Source: Welwitschia mirabilis (taxonomy: Eukaryota). From it: 40,810 bases of DNA. The notes under the pieces were generated by a model. The model was not told the DNA's origin. It made no database searches and worked only from the letters and a program-made list of their open reading frames with translations. Position numbers and translations under genes: made by a program. Location of the stretch: positions 40,854,693 through 40,895,502 of the forward strand of contig JBOZIK010000001.1 of the NCBI GenBank assembly GCA_051453625.1, written 5' to 3'. Positions within the stretch are counted from its first letter, which is position 1; every line of letters starts with the position of its first letter. Below are positions 33,376 to 40,810 of this stretch, piece after piece.

Positions 33376-36300
33376 TATTGCTATGGTGATTTTTTAAAAA
33401 TTGCATGATGTCCTTCTTACAATTTTCTTTTAGTTATTTTTTATTTCTCCAGTTATGGGTACTAGTCCTTCTTTTAGTAATTCTTCAACTAGTCTTTTTC
33501 TCTTTTCTTTGTGTGTTTTCTTTTCCTTCCAATGATGGGTACTAGTCCTTTTCTAGTGAAATCCAAATTGGTTTTCTTCTTGAGTTTTATTTTATCTTTT
33601 ATTCTAATCTTAAAAAAATATCTATATCTAATATTTCATATTATAGGTCTATTGACTTTCTTGTAATGGTAACTGAAACTAAGATTGAACAAAGGAGGAA
33701 ACATAAATTTTAACTCTAATGATTTTATTTATGTATTTGTTTTTTTGTGACTTTTGTAAAATTCTATGATTTTTTATTTTTCTTTTATTTTTATTTTGTT
33801 GTATAAATTTTGGAAACATTAAGAACATATAGGGTTATTTCCCTAGGTTGAATTTAATCAAATTATAGTCTATTTTATTTTGTAGTATCAAATCCTATAA
33901 TCCAAAACTTTTAGTATAGACCTAAACTGAACCTTTGTACTTTTTCAAACTATTTATCGCCAAAGGATTGACACCACTATCTTCTTTGACTAGCACCACT
34001 GACATTGCTTCTTAGACCACTTTACAACTTAAATAAAAACCTCACATCACCTCTTTAAAACTTCTTTGATTACAGACTTCCTATAAAACCCTAAAACATT
34101 AGTAAAAGGTGAATGGTTGATCAAAATCATAACCTTTTTTCTAAAACTTAGAAATAAGTAGGACTCCTAACCCATTGCAAACCTACTTTGAATAGCCACT
34201 TATCTATCCTATAGTTGTTAGAACCATGATTAATCCAAATGCATTATAAGATACTTCATTAGATCTAAACAAACTTTAGAGGACTACCTTTAATGCAATT
34301 TATATCAACCTCAATCCCTAAATCTTTTTGATATGGGATAGATCCTTGAAAAGTATACTCAACCCTATCCATACATATATTAACCTTCTTATCACTCTAA
34401 ATTCCAAAATCCATATGTCAAATAACTGGCGTTTGATCTTATGCATTCCATTGCCTCTCACAATCCTTATATTTCATCATCTTTTCTATATTTATTATCC
34501 CTTGATCCTTAACCTTCATGTTACTTTTCATATCCTTAATCCTTTGATCATTACCCATTATCTTTCTACACCTAATAAGTTACCTCACCTTCTTTCAAAG
34601 ATTTCTAGAAGATGCTTCTAACATGCTTTAATTCCCTTCATAATTTTTGGAAGAAGCTACCAATAAAAATAAAGAAAATATCAAGCAACTCCTTTAACAA
34701 ATAGCTAAATTAATGATTAAATCCTTAGGGATCTTAACCAATAATAAGAAGAAGGAAACATTCCTATATTCCATGAACCTAAGATCCTTCAAAACTTTAA
34801 AGGAATTTATGAGACTAGAATCAATAACACCCAAACCATATTTCATAGGAATGAGGAAGAAAGACATGAAGAAAACCATGTATAAATTAATGAGGATATC
34901 CAAGAGACCTTGAATTTCAACATGCCTTAAAGAGTGAACAGCTATGTATAAGTATGTTATACTTTAGAGTAGGATAAGACACATTAGATGATGATCAATT
35001 AATAATAAGTGAGCAATCATTTGAGGGAACAACAAATTAGAAACTTATACAATAGAGGACAAATTAATAAGTGACATTGATGAAGATAACATTGAAAGTG
35101 AACCTATTTTTAAATCACAACCACTATTGCTTATGTAGCCACATAAGAAATAATCCCTTAATAACCTTAATGAAGAGAAGAACATTAGCCAAGAGCCTAC
35201 ACATGATCCATCCTATGAAAAGCCTTGATCTTCTTCTCAATTATCTCTTAAGCCAACAATGTCACTTTCATCTTTCTCATCTAAGAAAGACCTAAACTTT
35301 AATGACAAAGATAAACCATCCTTTTCTTTAGAACCACTTTGTAATAGAATTCTTGATGATCATTCACCTTCTTCAATGATTTCCAATTCATCTTTGTCTT
35401 CATCCTAAAATAATGTCTTTCATGAGTTATTGAGTAAACACAAAAATACTAAAGGATGAACAATTTCTCATTTTGAATGCATTACTTTTACTACTAGTAT
35501 TGATGTTTTCCCAAATTTTTTGAATTCATGCACAAGTATCTATCAGGATTCTCTATCATCCTTAAATGTTTGCATTATTCTGACTCATATCCAACCATTG
35601 CATCAATCATCTTAAATCTTTACACATGTATTACCTTGAAAAATCTTGTGAAATTTTTAGTTTCTTTGTGTTCTTTAAATTAGACTTTTATTTTAGAGTA
35701 TATTTTTCTTTTAGAATAGATTTACATTTAAAAAATTAAAAATGTTAAAAACATTTGTGCTTAATGCACTTTCTTGCCTTAAACCACCCAAGCACTATCG
35801 CCTATATAATCATCACCTTTAATACTTTCATTTAGGAATTCAAAATTTAATCACACCATAGAATAAATCACCATTGCCTCATGTCTTTTCATCCACCAAT
35901 TTTACTTTTTCACCACCTAATAAACTTCATCAACCACCCTTCCCTTCCATCCATCTATGCTTTTCTTAGATTATATGATGCTAGTTGATGGTCCTTGATG
36001 AAATAAGCCATTAATAAGTGATCACATTGTCATTTAATGAGTGATCACTTGTCATTATGAATTAGGTACGTTTACCTGTGGTTTTTCAAAAAACACTTTT
36101 ACTTACTTTTTAGTTAACTTGTTAAAGTTAGTTTTACTTTAGTTCTTCCAACTGGAAAATGTGATTGAATTAAGATGGAATCTACTTTTATATTATGTTA
36201 ATTATTTTTAAAGAATTTTATGGGGATAAGATTTATCTTGATTAGGCTAATGAGACAATGACTCCTTTACGTGTATTAAAATTAATTAAATATGACAAGG

Positions 36301-37221
36301 AGTGATTAAAAGAAAAAGAAATATTTCCTATGGAAAAGCACATTATTTATTAGTTAGTTAAAATTAGGTTTATTTAACTACATTAGGGCTATGGATGTTC
36401 ATTAACAGTGTAGATCCAATGATTTATTTTACAACATGTTCAACTGCATCACGGCTATAAACACTTGCTCGCAATATAGCATTGACTCCTTCATACATTA
36501 ACATGCTTAACTCTATTGGAAGGTGATGTCATAACACTGGATGCCCAATTTGATCTAAATTCTTAAGACAAGGAATAAAATATGATTGTGGAAAAGGTAA
36601 TACTTGGAATGAAAAAGGTGGAATTGGAAGATTCTTTTGTGTTTACTTTTCTTAAACTTATGTGTGTGGAGATTGACTTAACTTAATTTTGATTTCTTGC
36701 AGGTTTACTTAGAGGATATATTATTCATTTGATATTGTAATATATTTTAGATTTCGAATAAAATTCATAGAATTTTTAATAATTATCATCATTAAATTAG
36801 GTATTCTATCTTTTAAATTTATGAATGATGCAATTTTTACTAGGTTTTGATATTTGATTTGTTCTAAATATTGCATCATGGTTTTCTCTTGGAATATATT
36901 GCGGTTTTCCCTAAATAAGTACATCAAATGATTTTCTAACCTTGTATAAAAACCATGTAATGTAATCTCCTTATTCTCAAAAGATTTATATCAATTTTTC
37001 TCTCTGTACCTTTGAGGACAAAGTTCAGTTTTGGATAGGGGCTATGGCATTTGTTTTTTTACAATTTTTCTCATTTTAATGCCTTATTTATTGAAAATCA
37101 ATTAAAAAGTTTTCAAAATAATCTTATTTCTATACTTAAAAATATTCACTCAATTTTTCCATGTTAACCATATCATTATCAACTTTTATTGAGAGTCTAG
37201 TAAAAGTTTGATTAAGGGATG

Positions 37222-38574
37222 TGTTTATATGCAAAAATTAACATTACAAACAAGTATAATTATTTAATTTAACATAGGAAAAGTCATTTAATTTATCAAT
37301 TTGTCATAAAATGATGTCTTTTACCCTTTTATGATGTTTTAATGTAAACATGAGTTTCCCCCTAATGTTGGTAGGTTTGTTACTAGTTCTGAAGAACACT
37401 GTCAAATCTTGAAGGATTTCTAATATAAAAAGTTGTCACCACCAGCTAGTGTCGTCATCCTTCTAAGGAAAACTTGCTTTAAAATCATGTCCCTACATCC
37501 ATTAGGGAAATTAATCACTTTACACTTATGGGCTGAGTCAGATGATAAATCATATTTAACCTTTAACTCTAGTGACACATGGTGGAAGCACAAAAAGCCA
37601 TATTATAGTAACATATGATGACAATAAGGATGAGTATGTGAAAGATGCATGACATGACATCTATTGATAGCATTATAATGAGTGAGAGGATATGTCATCT
37701 CCACACTTACATAAGAAGATGAAGAATCTTTCTTTACGTAACAGCCTAATATAATCCCCCTTATGTAATCACCCATCTAACACTCATCTAACACAATCAT
37801 GACAAATCTCTCCAAGCCTTCTCTCATTTATAAAACATCCTTAATCCCCCATTGTAAATAACTTTTAGTTGGCTTAACGTAAGGAAGACTTCGAGCACTA
37901 GGACATCTGGGTGTTCTGATCATCTTTCTTAGGGGGTGCAATGTTCAAGGCTAATTGAGGAGTATTTCTTATTCATTTTTCTCTATTTGATGTAATATAT
38001 TTCTTAGTTTTAATACAAATATTGGTCTTCTTCCTTTGATTATTAATATTCATGCATGTGGTATTAGCAATCTTTATAAGAATGTTAGGTAATCTTACTT
38101 AATTATCAAGTTCTTTTATACCAAGTGAGTTATTTGAGGCTACTTTTTTGAATTCCTAGTTATTATCATTTGCTGGATCTTATACACTCTGGTTCATACT
38201 TTTCATACTTATGAAGGGCTATGAAGTATCAAGGGACTAAATTACTCACCAACACTTATATGGTGAATGCAATTATGCCTCCACATCGATCCTTAATAAC
38301 TTGATAATTTTAGTTCATGTTTTAGAATATAGGGATTATTAGAGTGAAGGTGAAAGGCAAAATAATCAATTATACCTTTGATACACTTTCTTGTTCCTAT
38401 GACATTGACTAAAGATGACTTTCATCTCAACTTTCTGATTTTTAGTTTATTTTATTTTTCATTGCAAGTTATAATAATTATGTTTCTTTTGTAAAAGTTA
38501 CCACATATATCCCTATGAAACAATGATACTAGGTCCTTATCTAGTTAAATCTAATTCACTGTTATACACGAACA
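37222..38574 (+). repeat. 3' LTR of the Athila-like element
   Basis: TGTTTATATG...TATACACGAACA, preceded by the degenerate purine tract TAAGGGATG. Confidence 0.9.
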
Positions 38575-39299
38575 AATGTCAAAAAAGAAAAGAGAAAAAC
38601 ATACATATCAATAATTAGTTTTAGATACTTACTTTGGAAGAATGAAAAAATGGTAATAATTAATGCTAAATAATTTTAAAACAAAAATAGAAAATAAAAA
38701 TAATCCATCAGAGAAAAAAATAGTAACTAATATAGTTCTATGTTGATTGTGAATACTCCCCTTTAATTGTCAATACATAAGAAAATATAAAGAATGCTCT
38801 AGTGTAAAAAGGAAAGGGGTGTTCTAATTAAAAGGGAGAGAGATTTTGGGGTTTTTGTAGGAATTACATGGGAAGTGGAGTGCTGCCAGAGTTTATCTTT
38901 GGAATGGTCAGCTATAGGTAGAGAGGTGTACTTTACCTAGATTAGGCGCATCTTCTACGTGTCAGATCTCTTATGCTTTCCTCTAGTGTGGTTTTCCTAA
39001 GTAAGCATTTTTTTTAAAAGGTTTTCAAGCGACAGTTTAGCTAGTGTTTACTTAGTTCATGGGAATTATCAAAGTGGTTTTTAAGTGCATCTTCAATGTG
39101 CCTTTAGAAAGATCCTTAATAGCATCATTGCTATGAAAACCCAAAAGAGTGCAGTAGTAATGGTTAGACCTCATGCTAGTTTTCCTACCCTTAAGAGGAG
39201 GTTTTTCAATCAATACCTTACAAACCAAAAAAAAAATAAAAGGATGAGCTTAAGTGGATCTAAGGTATCTAAGGTAGCAGAAGTAAAAAAATACCCTTC

Positions 39300-40010
39300 A
39301 ATGGCAGTGAAATCTTCAAGCACCAAATCATATGCAGACTCAACGAAGGGAAGCAAGCCTTAAAGCTTCCATAACTTAGACTTTGGCTTTAAGCATGAAG
39401 AAGACATCGTTCATGCAAAGATATAAAAAACCTATTCCATGCATTTAGAGGCTTATTTTACTAATATCCTCACTAGAAAATTTTAATCTTTAGAATGGCT
39501 TTCGTTCATTGAAAAAGTGCGATTACATTTCAACCAAAAAATTCCCATAAGTTGCAAAGTAATCCATTTTAGAGATGGGTTATTACATTTTGTTTTTAAC
39601 ACCAAAAATAAAATGAATAAGGTGTAGCAAAAGAACCTTATTTCTTTGGTCATAGAGGTTTATCCTTAATCAAATAGTCTCTTTTATTCTTAATAAACCC
39701 ATCATTTTTAGAAAGATCCCAGTGTGTATTCATATTTTAAACCCACATCTAGAAATATGGCACAAAGAGTTTTTTAGGCAACTAAGTGATATGTTGGAAG
39801 ACTTTATCAAGCTAGATAAAAACACGGATCTAATGACGAGAATGGCAATTACTAAAATCTATATGTATATGAGACTGGATAGTTTCAAAGCTAATAAAAT
39901 TACTATGGATACTATATGGGATTAATTAGTTTTTAACCAGAGATTAAAAATATTTCTTTACATTGTTCAAAATTGGTGAAAATGAGCATAAAATGAAAAA
40001 ATATAAGAAG
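39300..40010 (+). pseudogene. L1-clade LINE ORF1 remnant (DUF4283-like domain and zinc knuckle)
   Basis: KSYADSTKG, GLLHFVF.., PYFFGHRGL, PVCIHILNPHLEIWHKEFFRQLSDMLEDFIKLDKNT..RMAITKIYM resemble PVWVRLPNLPLEYW..IG..LG..IKID..T..R..FARICV. Confidence 0.8.
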
Positions 40011-40411
40011 GATGAGGAAATTGCAAAGAACGATTAAGAAGAATTGAAAAAAAGAAACATAAGAAGAAATCATCTTCATATCCAAATAATGATCTCATAA
40101 CCTAAGCAAATAAATTTAACATTCTATTTGAGGGAGGACTAGATTAGTCAAAGGAAAAGGATCCAAAAAATCTCTAAAAAAATGGTTAATAGGAAATACA
40201 ATAGATGGATAATATCCACAATGCATCAATTTGCTCAATAGAACCTCAAATTCAAACATCAAAAATGGAGTGAAGGCAGGATCAGAAAGAAATTAGAATG
40301 ATAATAAAAGAATGCATTGCAGATGCACCAGTCATAAGTAAAAATGTAAAAGTTAAACAGATAGACATGAGGATTAAAATAGATATCCACAAAGGCAAAA
40401 TGGAGAAGGAT

Positions 40412-40810
40412 ATGAAGGAGGACATCTGAGATGTTAAATAGCCTTAAGTCTCCTAATTATTATTTCTTAAAATTGTAGAGGCCATAGAAATGACCAGAAA
40501 ATTTCCCATCTTTAGAGTTTGTTGAAAGAATTCTTAGTGTTTATGTATCTTATCCAAGAAATAAAATTAGATCTAATCAAAATTAATTATTTTTTATACA
40601 AAGTACTCTTAGTCTTTTATTTCAGCTTGAAGTACTAGCATAAAAGGAGGATTGATGATTCTCTGAAAGCATGGTAGCATCACCACTATCGGTAAAAGTA
40701 ATAACCATCTTATAATTAATTAAATATTCAATAAGAAAAGATGGAGAATTACTAACTTCTATGGGACTCAAGGTGCAACCCAAAGATTCTAATGTCTTTA
40801 TCAAATTATG
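40412..40810 (+). pseudogene. LINE ORF2 APE endonuclease N-terminus, decayed, continuing past the window
   Basis: I*DVK (~SWNVRG), YLIQEIK at ~40546-40566 (~LQETK), KGGLMIL* (~SGGLLILW) and WRITNFYG at 40742-40765 occur in canonical order. Confidence 0.85.

Larger units (their letters stand above)
31922..38574 (+). mobile_element. Non-autonomous Athila-like Ty3/gypsy LTR retrotransposon, old
   Basis: Direct repeats 31922-33352 and 37222-38574 with TG...CA ends, decayed PBS-Asp, Athila-type TTGAGGACAAAG..GGGG motif at ~37011-37041, no RT or INT motifs seen. TSD poor (AAGAT/AATGT). Confidence 0.85.

Overview
AT-rich, CpG-depleted plant (probably angiosperm) intergenic or heterochromatic DNA with three 100-N scaffold gaps and no intact host protein-coding gene. 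Bases 1-24188 hold five decayed Ty1/copia elements of the SIRE/Sirevirus type (E1-E5), which fall into two LTR subtypes. Subtype alpha is E1 (gag and 5' LTR, nested in the 3' LTR of E2) and E5 (both LTRs plus TSD, full decayed pol, capsid part of gag deleted, no env-like ORF). Subtype beta is E2, E3 and E4. E2 and E3 run gag-protease directly into the last ~51 codons of RNase H, lack INT and RT, and carry an env-like (Transposase_32-like) ORF with what looks like its own internal promoter. Further right are a ~0.9 kb CpG-retaining non-coding island (28330-29240), a possible hAT remnant, a pol-less Athila-like Ty3/gypsy element (31922-38574) and the 5' part of a dead L1-clade LINE. The best leads are the complementary gag/env-only versus pol-only Sirevirus architectures and the CpG island. 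All calls were made by eye, with no database search.
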